Assembly (NCBI GenBank): GCA_963719515.1
Contig: CAVRCJ010000010.1
Location: 128,001-192,000, forward strand
DNA from: an uncultured cyanobacterium
Lineage (GTDB): Bacteria > Cyanobacteriota > Cyanobacteriia > CAKZMO01
Length of the DNA: 64,000 nucleotides
Direction of reading: 5' to 3'
Under the pieces are notes generated by a model that had not been told where the DNA came from, did no database searches, and saw only the letters and a program-made list of their open reading frames with translations. Each line of letters begins with the position of its first letter. Within the stretch, counting starts at the first letter, position 1. Below are positions 42,737 through 52,513 of the stretch, one piece after another. A program made the translations under genes and the position numbers.

Positions 42737-43329
42737 GGCTCTACGTTTCCCGGGCTTCCCCCATCCATCGTCTTCCCGCCGCCGTCAAGCTGCTGGCCCT
42801 GACCTGCGCGGGAATTGGCCTGTTTTGGGTGCGATCGCCCGTGGCGCTGGCGGGTGCGCTGGCCGGGGGGACAGTCTGCGTAGTCATCGCGCAGCTGCCG
42901 CCGCGGCGAGTGATTCATCAGCTGCGGCCTCTATTCCCCCTGCTGCTGTTCATTTTTCTGCTGCACGGCTGGGCCACAACTTGGGAAACCGGAGCAGTGG
43001 TAGTACTGCGCTTTGGGCTACTGGTGCTGCTAGCGACCGTCGTCAGCTTGACCACTCAGGTGACCGCCATGATGGCGGTGCTAGAGCGATCGCTGCGGCC
43101 CCTGGAGAGGGTGGGCGTTCCGGTTGCTGCCGTTACCCTGCTGCTATTGCTCACCATTCGCTTTATTCCCGTGCTGTTTGAGCAGCTGCAGGAGATTCAG
43201 GCGGCGCAGCAGGCTAGAGGCGTCTCCCGCCCGGCGCTGACGCTGTGGCTACCGCTGCTGTTGAAGACGCTGCGCCTAGCCGATCAGGTCACGGAGGCTC
43301 TAGACGCGCGCGGGTATGGGGACGGCTGA
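42730..43329 (+). CDS. bioN: ECF transporter T component (BioN-like)
   Basis: SPIHRLPA..KL, IRFIP, two ARG motifs (QQARG, LDARG). Confidence 0.8.
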   Translation: MLGLYVSRASPIHRLPAAVKLLALTCAGIGLFWVRSPVALAGALAGGTVCVVIAQLPPRRVIHQLRPLFPLLLFIFLLHGWATTWETGAVVVLRFGLLVLLATVVSLTTQVTAMMAVLERSLRPLERVGVPVAAVTLLLLLTIRFIPVLFEQLQEIQAAQQARGVSRPALTLWLPLLLKTLRLADQVTEALDARGYGDG

Positions 43330-43356
43330 GCGATATACTTTTGAGCGATATACTTT
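43327..43356. repeat. Exact 15-bp tandem duplication TGAGCGATATACTTT
   Basis: Two identical adjacent copies between bioN and bioY. Confidence 0.85.
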
Positions 43357-43420
43357 TGGCTCTGGCAGCGCCTTTTTGGGATTCTGGCAGCACCGTTGTA
43401 AAGAGTTTGCCGTCTGGGAC

Positions 43421-43966
43421 ATGACCAACCGCGACATCGTTCATATCGCTCTATTCGCCGCTCTTGTAGCGGTGCTAGGCCTAATTCCACCCATTTTCTT
43501 TCCCTTTATTCCTGTTCCCATCACCGCGCAGACGCTGGGGGTGATGCTGGCAGGCTCGATTTTGGGGATGCGGCGGGGTGGGCTGGCGCTGCTGGTATTT
43601 TTGGGGTTGGTGGCAATGGGGCTGCCGCTGCTGTCTGGCGGGCGCGGGGGGCTGGGGGTGTTTTTGGGACCCTCCGGCGGGTTTGTGCTGTCGTATCCGC
43701 TGGCGGCGGCGGTAGTTGGCGCTTTGACCCAGAGGGTTTGGAGGCGGCTGAGCATGCCCCTCGCGTTTATGATCAACGTTATCGGCGGCATCGGCGTCAT
43801 CTACGCTCTGGGGATTCCCTGGCTGGCGATCGCCTCCGATCTGCCTCTGCTCCAAGCGGCACAAGGATCCCTAGTCTTTATTCCGGGTGATTTGGTCAAG
43901 GCGGCAATTGCGGCGGTGGCGGTAGTGACGGTGAAGCGGTCCTATCCGACCGTCAAGTCTTTTTAG
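43421..43966 (+). CDS. bioY: Biotin transporter S component BioY
   Basis: PVPITAQTL, GLPLLSGGRGG, GPSGGF, FIPGDLVKA. Confidence 0.92.
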   Translation: MTNRDIVHIALFAALVAVLGLIPPIFFPFIPVPITAQTLGVMLAGSILGMRRGGLALLVFLGLVAMGLPLLSGGRGGLGVFLGPSGGFVLSYPLAAAVVGALTQRVWRRLSMPLAFMINVIGGIGVIYALGIPWLAIASDLPLLQAAQGSLVFIPGDLVKAAIAAVAVVTVKRSYPTVKSF

Positions 43967-43978
43967 GTTTCGCGCCCA

Positions 43979-45508
43979 ATGGGACGAATTACTGACGAAT
44001 TTGTAGAGCGGGCCATCCAGACGCCGGATAAGGCCGCTGTGGTCGTGGGCGATCGCCTCTACTCCTACGGTAGGTTTTTGAAAGAGGTCCAGCAGGTTGC
44101 GGGCTACGTTGCCCAGTTGGGGAGCGAGTCTACCGGCCTCGCACGGGACGGCCTGCCTAGGGTCGCTTTGCTGAGCGCTAACCGCATCGAGTTTATGTCC
44201 GTGTTTTTAGGAACGGCAAAGGCTGGGGGGGTGACGATGGTGCTCTCGCCCAGCTGGGGCGTGGCGCAGCTGCAGGAAGTGCTCCAGCGATGGCCCCCTG
44301 ACTGGCTGGTAGGAGAAGCGGCTTTACTCAAGCTGGACCTGTCGCCAGACCTGTCGATGCCCACGACTGCGTTGCCGGCCTTGCCGCCGGTCAATCTATC
44401 CTGGTCTCATGTGCTGACCCAGAACGCTGAGGCGATCGCCCCCGACCCCGAGTTGCCTTTCTACATTTGCTTCACCTCCGGCACCACTGGCCGGCCCAAA
44501 GGCATCGTTAAAAGTCACCGCTCCTGGCTGGCGGGGCTAACGGCTAGCCGCGCTGAATTTGGTATTGATGCCGCTGACCAAGTGTTTGTGCCGGGAGGCT
44601 TGTCCCACAGTCTGTCTCTTTACGCCGCCACAGAGGCCCTATCTGCCGGGGCGACGCTCCACCTGCTCTCCCAGGTTACCGGGGCAGCGGCAGTCTCGTG
44701 GATGCGACAGCACCCTATTACCGTCGTGGTGGCAGTGCCGACGCTGCTGCATCTGGTAGTGAAGGCGATGGCCCAGGCCCTTACGTTTCCGGCGGTGCGG
44801 CTGGTCATCTCCGGCGGTGCGAAGCTGACGGAGCACATGACCCAGGCGCTAGCGCGGGTATACCCTCAGGCCCGCATCATTGAGTACTACGGAGCGTCGG
44901 AGTTGGGGTTCGTTAGCGTTCGTAGCGGTAGGTCAGTGCCGCCCGAGTCGGTGGGCCGTCCGTTTACGGGGGTAGAGCTGTCCATACAGCGGCTGGAGGG
45001 CAGTGGGGAGGCGGCAGTAGGAGAATGCGGCTGGGTGAGCTTGCGCAGCTCGATGATTTGTTCTGGCTACTTGGAGGGGGGGGCTGCGGCTGGATTGCGA
45101 CAGCTCAACGGTTGGTGGACCGTGGGCGATCGCGGCTGGCAAGATGAGCAGGGGTACCTGTACCTGGCGGGCCGCGAGGAGATGCTGGTGTGCGCCGGGG
45201 TGAATGTCTACCCGGCTGAGGTGGAGGCCGCGCTGCTGAACCTGCCTGAGGTGGCGGCGGCGGCGGTGCTGGGGGTGAGCGACGATTGCCGGGGCGATGT
45301 GATCTATGCGGTGGTGGCCTGGGAAGGGGAGGCGCTGAGTCGGCGATCGCTGCGGCTGCGGCTGCGACCCTACCTTAATCGCTATGCCCTGCCCCGCCGA
45401 GTTTATGCGCTTCCTAAGCTGCCCCTTACCCCCAGCGGGAAGGTGGCGCGGGCTTTGCTCACTGAGCAGCTCGGGCGCGGAGAACTAACCCCTTATGAGG
45501 TGCGGTGA
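43979..45508 (+). CDS. AMP-dependent acyl-CoA synthetase (YhfT-like)
   Basis: FTSGTTGRPKG, YYGASE, TVGD, GR, GVNVYPAEVE, LP.TPSGK. Confidence 0.9.
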   Translation: MGRITDEFVERAIQTPDKAAVVVGDRLYSYGRFLKEVQQVAGYVAQLGSESTGLARDGLPRVALLSANRIEFMSVFLGTAKAGGVTMVLSPSWGVAQLQEVLQRWPPDWLVGEAALLKLDLSPDLSMPTTALPALPPVNLSWSHVLTQNAEAIAPDPELPFYICFTSGTTGRPKGIVKSHRSWLAGLTASRAEFGIDAADQVFVPGGLSHSLSLYAATEALSAGATLHLLSQVTGAAAVSWMRQHPITVVVAVPTLLHLVVKAMAQALTFPAVRLVISGGAKLTEHMTQALARVYPQARIIEYYGASELGFVSVRSGRSVPPESVGRPFTGVELSIQRLEGSGEAAVGECGWVSLRSSMICSGYLEGGAAAGLRQLNGWWTVGDRGWQDEQGYLYLAGREEMLVCAGVNVYPAEVEAALLNLPEVAAAAVLGVSDDCRGDVIYAVVAWEGEALSRRSLRLRLRPYLNRYALPRRVYALPKLPLTPSGKVARALLTEQLGRGELTPYEVR

Positions 45509-45524
45509 TGATGGAGGTCGAGCG

Positions 45525-46705
45525 ATGTCTCTAGGAGACCCGTTGCCTACTGACCCGATTATCGTCGCTGCCCGCCGTACCCCCATTGGTCGCGTGGGGG
45601 GCAGCCTCAAAACCTTAACGGTAGAAGACTTGCTGGCTCCGGTGCTGCGATCGCTGCTGCAGGATACGGGAATTGCCTCGGAGCGGGTGAGCGACGTGGT
45701 GATTGGGAACGCTGTCGGGCCGGGGGGAAACCCGGCGCGGCTAGCGCTGCTGGCGGCGGAGTTTCCAGTCACGGTGCCCGGTCTGACGGTGGACCGGCAG
45801 TGCGGCTCCGGACTAGCGGCAATCAACCTGGCGGCGCGTTTGATTCAGGCGGGGGCGGGAGAGGTGTACGTTGCCGGGGGGGTGGAGAGCGTGAGCACCG
45901 CCCCTTGGCGGGTGGAGAAGCCCCGCTCTTTACACGAGCTGCCCCGCTTTGCCCATCGGGCGCGGTTTGCCCCTGAAGCCCTGGGTGACCCCGATATGGG
46001 GCCAGCGGCAGAGGCGATCGCTCAGACTTTCGGCATCAGCCGCGATCGCCAGGACGAGTATGCCCTGCATAGCCACCAAAAAGCGGTTCGAGCGCAGCGC
46101 GAAGGGCGCTTCGTTGCCGAAATCGTTCCTCTGGCCCTGTCTTCTACCACCGTTGTCGATACCGACGATTGCCCCCGCCCCACCCTGACGCCCCAGCGCC
46201 TGCAGCGTCTTGCCTCCCGCCTTCACCGCCAACGGCACCGTCACGGCAGGAAATGCCTGCCCTATCAATGACGGGGCAGCGGCGGCAATGATTGTGTCAC
46301 GGCGGCTGTTTGAGCAGTGGGGCATGACAGGCGGACTGCAGGTTGTGGAGGCGATCGCCGCTGGAGTTGACCCCAGTTTGCCGGGGCTAGGACCGGTGGC
46401 TGCCGTTAGGGCTCTGCTGGCCCGTCAGCCGGCGCTAAAACTTCAAGATATCGATTGGGTAGAGTTTAATGAGGCCTTTGCGGCCCAGGTGCTGGCCTGC
46501 ATGGACCAGCTGGAGCTAGACCCGAAGGCGGCTAAACGTTGACGGGGGAGCGATCGCCCTGGGCCATCCCTACGGAGCGTCGGGGGCCATTTTGGTGACG
46601 CGGCTGTTTAGCACGATGCGATCGCCTGGGTCTTTGGGATTGGCCACGATTGGCATTGGGGGAGGGCTCGGTCTCGCGACGCTGGTAAAGCGGGTCGATC
46701 GATAG
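45525..46705 (+). CDS. Thiolase (YhfS-like) split by two apparent +1 frameshifts
   Basis: RTPIG, DRQCGSG, then (after 46209) TAGNACPINDGAAA and NEAFAAQ, then (after about 46525) NVDGGAIALGHPYGASG...GIGGGLG; stop at 46703-46705. Confidence 0.85.
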
Positions 46706-46814
46706 CGCCAACGCAATGGCGGGAATTTGAATGTTGATTCTGATATTGAGAAGACGGTTGGTCTGAGCGAGATCCGGCACAATAGGATTCGGCGTTTCCT
46801 CCATCCACTGCACA

Positions 46815-47558
46815 ATGACTGACAGAATCCTGATTATCGTTCATCAGCCGAGTTCTACCCCCGGACGCATCGGCCAGGTGCTGCAGGAAATGGGCTATGC
46901 CCTAGAACTTCGCTGTCCGGCGGCAGGCACGGCGCTGCCCGCTAGCGTAGAAGAATACGCCGCCGTGGTCGTCTTTGGGGGGCCGATGAGCGTCAACGAC
47001 GATCTGCCCTTCATTCAGGCCGAGCTGGCCTGGCTACCCCAGGTGCTGGCAGCTCAAAAGCCGCTCTTAGGGGTGTGTTTAGGGGCTCAGCTGCTGGCGA
47101 GAGCCCTCGGCAGTACCGTCAGCGCCCATCCTCAAAAGCGGGTAGAGATTGGCTATGCGCCGGTACGAGCGACAGAGGCGGGGCAGGCGCTGTTTGGTGA
47201 GCTATCTCACGTTTTTCAGTGGCATCACGAAGGGTTCGAGCTTCCCGAAGGCGGGACACTGCTTCTCACCGGAGATGTCTTTGCACATCAAGCCTTCCGC
47301 TACGGGCCGGGGGTTTACGGGCTGCAGTTTCACCCCGAGATGACGCGATCGCTCTTAGAGCTGTGGAATTCCAAAGCCGCTGACCAGCTAGACCTTCCGG
47401 GAGCTCAGCCCAGCGAGGCGCAGCGCGTGGCCCACCGGCTGCATCGGGAAACCGTTGAGCGCTGGCTGCGGCAATTTTTGGCCCAGTGGCTGACGGAAGG
47501 CGGGATAAAGCCCCTGCCCTACGGTTTGTTACAGTCTGGTTACCAGGCTTCTGCCTAG
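46815..47558 (+). CDS. Class I glutamine amidotransferase
   Basis: GGPMS, GVCLGAQ, QFHPE. Confidence 0.9.
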   Translation: MTDRILIIVHQPSSTPGRIGQVLQEMGYALELRCPAAGTALPASVEEYAAVVVFGGPMSVNDDLPFIQAELAWLPQVLAAQKPLLGVCLGAQLLARALGSTVSAHPQKRVEIGYAPVRATEAGQALFGELSHVFQWHHEGFELPEGGTLLLTGDVFAHQAFRYGPGVYGLQFHPEMTRSLLELWNSKAADQLDLPGAQPSEAQRVAHRLHRETVERWLRQFLAQWLTEGGIKPLPYGLLQSGYQASA

Positions 47559-47679
47559 GTTGAGAATCGAGATAGTCTAGATCAAGCTTTATGAAAACCG
47601 GGGTTAGCGCTAACCCTTATAGGGTACAAAGGTAAAGCAAAAGGATTTAAGCCCGTCTACACGGAACGTCCATCAGTCT

Positions 47680-48738
47680 ATGACACAGTCATCGCTCAAC
47701 GTCTCAGCTCCCGCCCCAGCCTCGACAACTGCTGCGGCCCCCCCTGCTGACTCTAAGTCACGGGTCAGCGACTTTATGAAGTCGCTCCAGGATAATATCA
47801 GCCAAGCTTTGCAGGATTTGGACGGTAAAGCGACGTTTCAGCAGGACGCCTGGGATCGAGAAGAGGGCGGCGGCGGGCGATCGCGGGTCATCAAGCAGGG
47901 CAGCCTGTTTGAGCAAGGGGGCGTCAACTTTTCAGAAATCTGGGGCAAGCACCTGCCGCCCTCCATCTTGGTACAGCGGCCCGAGGCGAAGGGCCACAAG
48001 TTTTATGCCACCGGCACCTCTATGGTGCTGCATCCCCGCAACCCCCATGTGCCTACGGTCCACCTCAACTATCGCTACTTTGAGGCAGGTCCAGTGTGGT
48101 GGTTTGGCGGCGGCATCGACCTTACTCCCTACTACCCCGTAGACGAAGACGTCGTCCAGTTTCACCGCACCCTTAAGGCGGCCTGTGATGCCCATCACCC
48201 TCAGTACTACCCCACGTTCAAGCCCTGGTGTGATGAGTACTTTTATCTAAAGCATCGCGAAGAAACTCGGGGAGTAGGCGGCATTTTCTTCGATTACCAG
48301 GACGGGCGCGGGCAGCTCTATCGCGGTCCCCACCCGGACAAAGCCGCCGCAGGCCACAGCGATAAAATTGGCGAGGTTGAGCCTCGCAGCTGGGAGTCCG
48401 TGTTTGACTTCGTTCAATCGTGCGGCAACGGCTTTTTGCCAGCCTATATCCCCATCGTAGAGCGGCGGCGAGAGACCGCCTACGGCGATCGCGAGCGTCA
48501 GTTTCAGCTCTATCGGCGGGGACGCTACGTCGAATTTAACTTGGTGTACGACCGGGGCACAATTTTCGGGCTGCAGACCAACGGCCGGACCGAATCAATT
48601 TTGATGTCTTTACCCCCTCTGGTGCGGTGGGAATATGACTATGCCCCTGAGGCGGGAACTCCTGAGGCGCGGCTGTATGACGTATTTTTGCGGCCTCAGA
48701 ACTGGGTCGATTGGTCGTCTTCTGAGGACATGGGTTAA
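47680..48738 (+). CDS. hemF: Oxygen-dependent coproporphyrinogen III oxidase
   Basis: [55 protein letters not shown]. Confidence 0.97.
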   Translation: MTQSSLNVSAPAPASTTAAAPPADSKSRVSDFMKSLQDNISQALQDLDGKATFQQDAWDREEGGGGRSRVIKQGSLFEQGGVNFSEIWGKHLPPSILVQRPEAKGHKFYATGTSMVLHPRNPHVPTVHLNYRYFEAGPVWWFGGGIDLTPYYPVDEDVVQFHRTLKAACDAHHPQYYPTFKPWCDEYFYLKHREETRGVGGIFFDYQDGRGQLYRGPHPDKAAAGHSDKIGEVEPRSWESVFDFVQSCGNGFLPAYIPIVERRRETAYGDRERQFQLYRRGRYVEFNLVYDRGTIFGLQTNGRTESILMSLPPLVRWEYDYAPEAGTPEARLYDVFLRPQNWVDWSSSEDMG

Positions 48739-48821
48739 GCTACCTTTAGTAGTAAATAGGCGCGATCGCCTTAGACCCTAAAACGAAACTGTCAAGAGGA
48801 CGGCGTCAAGAAGCCACCGCT

Positions 48822-49169
48822 ATGGACCAAGAGACTTTGACCCTCGACGAGAATAAGCAGGTCGCTATTCTCCGTCCCTCCGGCCGGTTGGACATCACTA
48901 CGGCTTGGCAGTTTCGCCTAAAGCTTCAGGGCTGCATATCTCCAGGCTGCCCTCACGTGATTGTGAATCTAAACGACGTCAATTTCATCGATAGCTCCGG
49001 TCTGACGTCTTTGGTTGCCGGCATGCGCGACGCCGACAAAGTCAGCGGTAGCTTTCGCATTTGTAACGTTCACTCAGATGCGAAGCTTGTACTAGAGGTC
49101 ACTATGATGGACTCGGTCTTCGACATCTATCCATCTGAGGATGATGCTTTAAAGGCGATCCCAGGCTAG
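48822..49169 (+). CDS. STAS-domain anti-sigma factor antagonist
   Basis: GRLD and V.FIDSSGL. Confidence 0.9.
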   Translation: MDQETLTLDENKQVAILRPSGRLDITTAWQFRLKLQGCISPGCPHVIVNLNDVNFIDSSGLTSLVAGMRDADKVSGSFRICNVHSDAKLVLEVTMMDSVFDIYPSEDDALKAIPG

Positions 49170-49270
49170 TTCGTTCCCGGCCTTCTCTCAGCAGTTTACG
49201 TCCCTGTTTCTTGGCAAACGGTCAGAGACAAGGGAGAATGAGGGTACGATTAACGCATCTTAACTTATCA

Positions 49271-50023
49271 GTGAATAACGTCCGTACCGTTTCAGACACC
49301 AAGCGTGCTTTCTACAGCACTCATACCCGGCCGATCAATTCAATCTATCGTCGGGTCGTTGAAGAGCTGATGGTAGAGATGCATCTGCTATCGGTGAACG
49401 TAAACTTTCACTACAACGCCATCTACGCCCTCGGCGTTGTGACGAGCTTTGACCGATTCATGTTGGGCTATCGCCCGGAGCAGGACCTAGAGTCAATTTT
49501 CCCGGCACTTTGTCAGGCTATTGAAGCGGAACCCCAACGCTATCGTCAGGATGCTCAGCAGGTTTTAGCTGACGCGGCTCAGTTGTCTTTAGATGATCTG
49601 ACTGCGTTTGGGCGCTCCGAAACCTCAGAGGCCTTGAACAACACCGCTCTGCTTGGCACTTCCCTAAAAGACGTTGCCGATACGCCTGAGTTTAAGTACA
49701 GCCGCTTGTGGGTCATTGGCCTTTATACTGTCGTTGAGACAGTGGACAGCGCTGCTGCAGAAGATGCCGCGCGCTTAAAAGAGGTTCTTGAGCCACTTTG
49801 CGAGCGACTTCACATATCCTTTGACAAGCTCCAGAAAGATTTGGATATCTATCGTTCGAATTTGGAAAAGCTAGAGCAAGCCCGAATCGTAATGGAAGAT
49901 ATTCTGAAGGCGGATCGTAAGAAAAGAGAGCAGCGCCAGCCTGAGAGTCAGTCCCAAGCCGCTGAGGAGCCCAATGAGGCACCTTCTGAGCCGCAAGATT
50001 CTAAGTCTAAGGACGAAACGTAA
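49271..50023 (+). CDS. psb29: Psb29/Thf1 photosystem II biogenesis protein
   Basis: VNNVRTVSDTKRAFY...INSIYRRVVEELMVEMHLL, FKYSRL, KDLDIYRSNLEK. Confidence 0.95.
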   Translation: MNNVRTVSDTKRAFYSTHTRPINSIYRRVVEELMVEMHLLSVNVNFHYNAIYALGVVTSFDRFMLGYRPEQDLESIFPALCQAIEAEPQRYRQDAQQVLADAAQLSLDDLTAFGRSETSEALNNTALLGTSLKDVADTPEFKYSRLWVIGLYTVVETVDSAAAEDAARLKEVLEPLCERLHISFDKLQKDLDIYRSNLEKLEQARIVMEDILKADRKKREQRQPESQSQAAEEPNEAPSEPQDSKSKDET

Positions 50024-50366
50024 CCGCGCTCGGCAATCAGCCGGAATTCTCTGCAAGGCTGATCCTAAAGATTGAATAAACTTGCCAAAAATGTATGGCA
50101 GCTGCCTTACCGAACGTTTACAGTGTCGTATGTATTCGTAGCTTGTGTGCTTTGTGCCGAACACTTTCGTATTGAACGTCTCTAACTTCTAGGAGTTTTG
50201 AGGGTTTGATTCTATAGCGATTGGCAGCAATCCAATAGCTTGTGGCCTTACCTCTGCTGGGCAGATGATTGAGTATAGAGAATATAAGTATAGAGATCTG
50301 CGTTGGTAAGGCTGACAAAGTTGACCAGCTATTTTAGTTATTATCATTATATTCAGGAGTTAACTG

Positions 50367-50918
50367 ATGGGTAGCGAACAGCGCGGCGTCACGGTATGGT
50401 TTACGGGATTGAGCGGCTCGGGAAAGACGACTATTCGCATCGAGCTTGAGAAAAAGCTGCGGGCCCAGGGGCTCAAGGTTGAGGTACTAGACGGTGATAT
50501 CGTCCGGCAGAATCTGACTAAAGGGTTAGGCTTCTCGAAAGAAGACCGTGATGAGAATATTCGCCGAATTGGCTTTGTCTCCCAGCTGCTGACTCGCAAC
50601 GGAGTAATCGTCTTGGTTTCGGCTATTTCTCCCTATCGGGGCATCCGGGACGAAGTGAGAGAGCGCATTGGAGACTTTGTCGAGGTCTACGCCAATGCTC
50701 CCCTATCAGTGTGTGAAGATCGGGATGTTAAAGGTCTGTATAAGCGAGCCCGCTCTGGAGAAATCAAGCAGTTTACCGGCATCTCTGACCCCTACGAGGC
50801 TCCCGAAAACCCTGAAGTCGAATGCCGCACCGACCTGGAGACTTTAGAGGAGAGCGCCAACAAGGTTCTCTCCAAGCTAGAGGAGATGGGCTACGCTCCA
50901 GTCAAGAGCGCTACTTAG
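50367..50918 (+). CDS. cysC: Adenylyl-sulfate kinase
   Basis: [40 protein letters not shown]. Confidence 0.97.
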   Translation: MGSEQRGVTVWFTGLSGSGKTTIRIELEKKLRAQGLKVEVLDGDIVRQNLTKGLGFSKEDRDENIRRIGFVSQLLTRNGVIVLVSAISPYRGIRDEVRERIGDFVEVYANAPLSVCEDRDVKGLYKRARSGEIKQFTGISDPYEAPENPEVECRTDLETLEESANKVLSKLEEMGYAPVKSAT

Positions 50919-51147
50919 TCTGTAGGCCAAGCCTGTAGGCCAAAGTGGCGCGCATGTCGCTCTTGAGCCCACTCGTTGAGAAGCTGCTACGAGCCTGCAC
51001 CCTGAATCTCTTGGCCCTTCTTCTCGCAAATTTGAGAGAAGAGGCTAGGGGATGTAGAGCTTTACTCTTCCCGAAGAGTGGGCCTTTCTGTGTCATTTGC
51101 GAAAGTGACATGGGCCCCCAAAGCGCTGCTGGGCTTCCTCTATTGAA

Positions 51148-52513
51148 CAGAATCGCGGCAGTCCCTAATCTCAGCGAAGCGGATTAGGGAAGGATAGCGC
51201 GTGAGCGTAGCGAACATAGTACGATTGTCTCAGTGCATACATCGAGTTATGGCAACACGCCGTGTAACGTATAGGCTCTACCCGACGACCCAGCAAGGGG
51301 CGATGCTGTTCGAGTGGCGGCGTCTTCATGCCTACCTGTACAACGCCTGCATAGAGCACCGCCGCACCAGCTACAAACAGCACGGGCAGTCTGTGGGCTA
51401 CATCGACCAGCAAAACCTGCTACCTGCATTCAAGGAGTGCTGGCCAGAGTACAAAGCTTTGGGCAGTCATGCTTTGCAGGCTACGGTCAAGCGAGTAGAC
51501 TTTGCGTTTCAGCGGTTCTTCAAAGGGCTAGGGAAGTATCCCAATTTCAAGTCGATACGGCTGTTCTCTGGCTGGACCTATCCGTGCGGTTCTGGCTGGA
51601 AGGCGCTAAGCGATGGCATCAATGGTTGCCTGCAGCTATCAAACTTGGGCAAGATTCGGATGCGAGGACAAGCTCGTACCTGGGGGAGACCGACAACCTG
51701 CACGATTGTCTACCGGCCAAGTGAAGGGAAGTGGTACGCCTCCATCACCGTGGCGTGCAGCCCAGAGCGCCAAACCGCTGGCGGTGCTGTCGGGATAGAC
51801 TTAGGCTGCACTAATGCGGTGTCGTTCTCAGACGGCACCAAAGAGGAAAAGCCTGAGTTTATCAAAGCGGGCGATGTCGCGGTTAAGCAGGCCTGCAAGG
51901 TGCTGCGCCGCAAACGCAGGCCCAACCGCAAGCAGGGCGTCAAAGCCTCCAACCGCTGGCGCAAAGCCAGACGCAAAGTTTCCAAGATTCAACGCAAGGT
52001 AGCCAACCAGCGAGCGGATTGGTTGCACAAGCTCACCAGCAACATAGTTAGCCGTAATAGCCTAGTCGCCGGAGAGCAGCTTAACGTCAAGGGCATGACC
52101 CGCAAGGCCCGCAAAGGCAAGCGGAAACGTCAAAAGGCCGGTCTCAATCGCTCAATCCTGTCGGTGGGGTTTGCAAGGGTTAGACCGCTGCTGTCCTACA
52201 AGGAAGCTGAGGCGGGCGGATTCTATCTGGAGTCTCCTACCCGGCAGCTCAAGCCGTCCCAGCGCTGCGCTCAGTGCTGGGAGCTGACGCCCAAGACGTT
52301 GAGCGACCGTATCCACCGATGCCAACACTGCGGCCATACCGAAGACCGCGATACCAATGCTGCTCAGGTCAATCTGATCTGGGCACGGGGGCAGGAATCT
52401 TCCCTCGCAAGCGCTGAGCCGCCTAGCTCTACCAACTGCGGAAGCATGAGGCAACTAGGGGCAATGAAGCGCACGAAACACCTAGCTCAGCGTAGCGGTT
52501 AGGTGTAGTTCAT
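51148..52513 (+). mobile_element. IS1341-type (tnpB-only) element, same family as 36026-37799
   Basis: TTGAA directly precedes the element. Left-end hairpin CCCTAATC/GATTAGGG follows CAGT. Right-end hairpin CACCTAGC/GTTAGGTG follows GAAA and the element ends in TTCAT. Confidence 0.9.
51249..52502 (+). CDS. tnpB: TnpB RNA-guided endonuclease, apparently intact
   Basis: RuvC D (GIDLG), E (AGEQLN) and D (DRDTNAA); Zn finger CAQC...CQHC. Confidence 0.93.
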   Translation: MATRRVTYRLYPTTQQGAMLFEWRRLHAYLYNACIEHRRTSYKQHGQSVGYIDQQNLLPAFKECWPEYKALGSHALQATVKRVDFAFQRFFKGLGKYPNFKSIRLFSGWTYPCGSGWKALSDGINGCLQLSNLGKIRMRGQARTWGRPTTCTIVYRPSEGKWYASITVACSPERQTAGGAVGIDLGCTNAVSFSDGTKEEKPEFIKAGDVAVKQACKVLRRKRRPNRKQGVKASNRWRKARRKVSKIQRKVANQRADWLHKLTSNIVSRNSLVAGEQLNVKGMTRKARKGKRKRQKAGLNRSILSVGFARVRPLLSYKEAEAGGFYLESPTRQLKPSQRCAQCWELTPKTLSDRIHRCQHCGHTEDRDTNAAQVNLIWARGQESSLASAEPPSSTNCGSMRQLGAMKRTKHLAQRSG

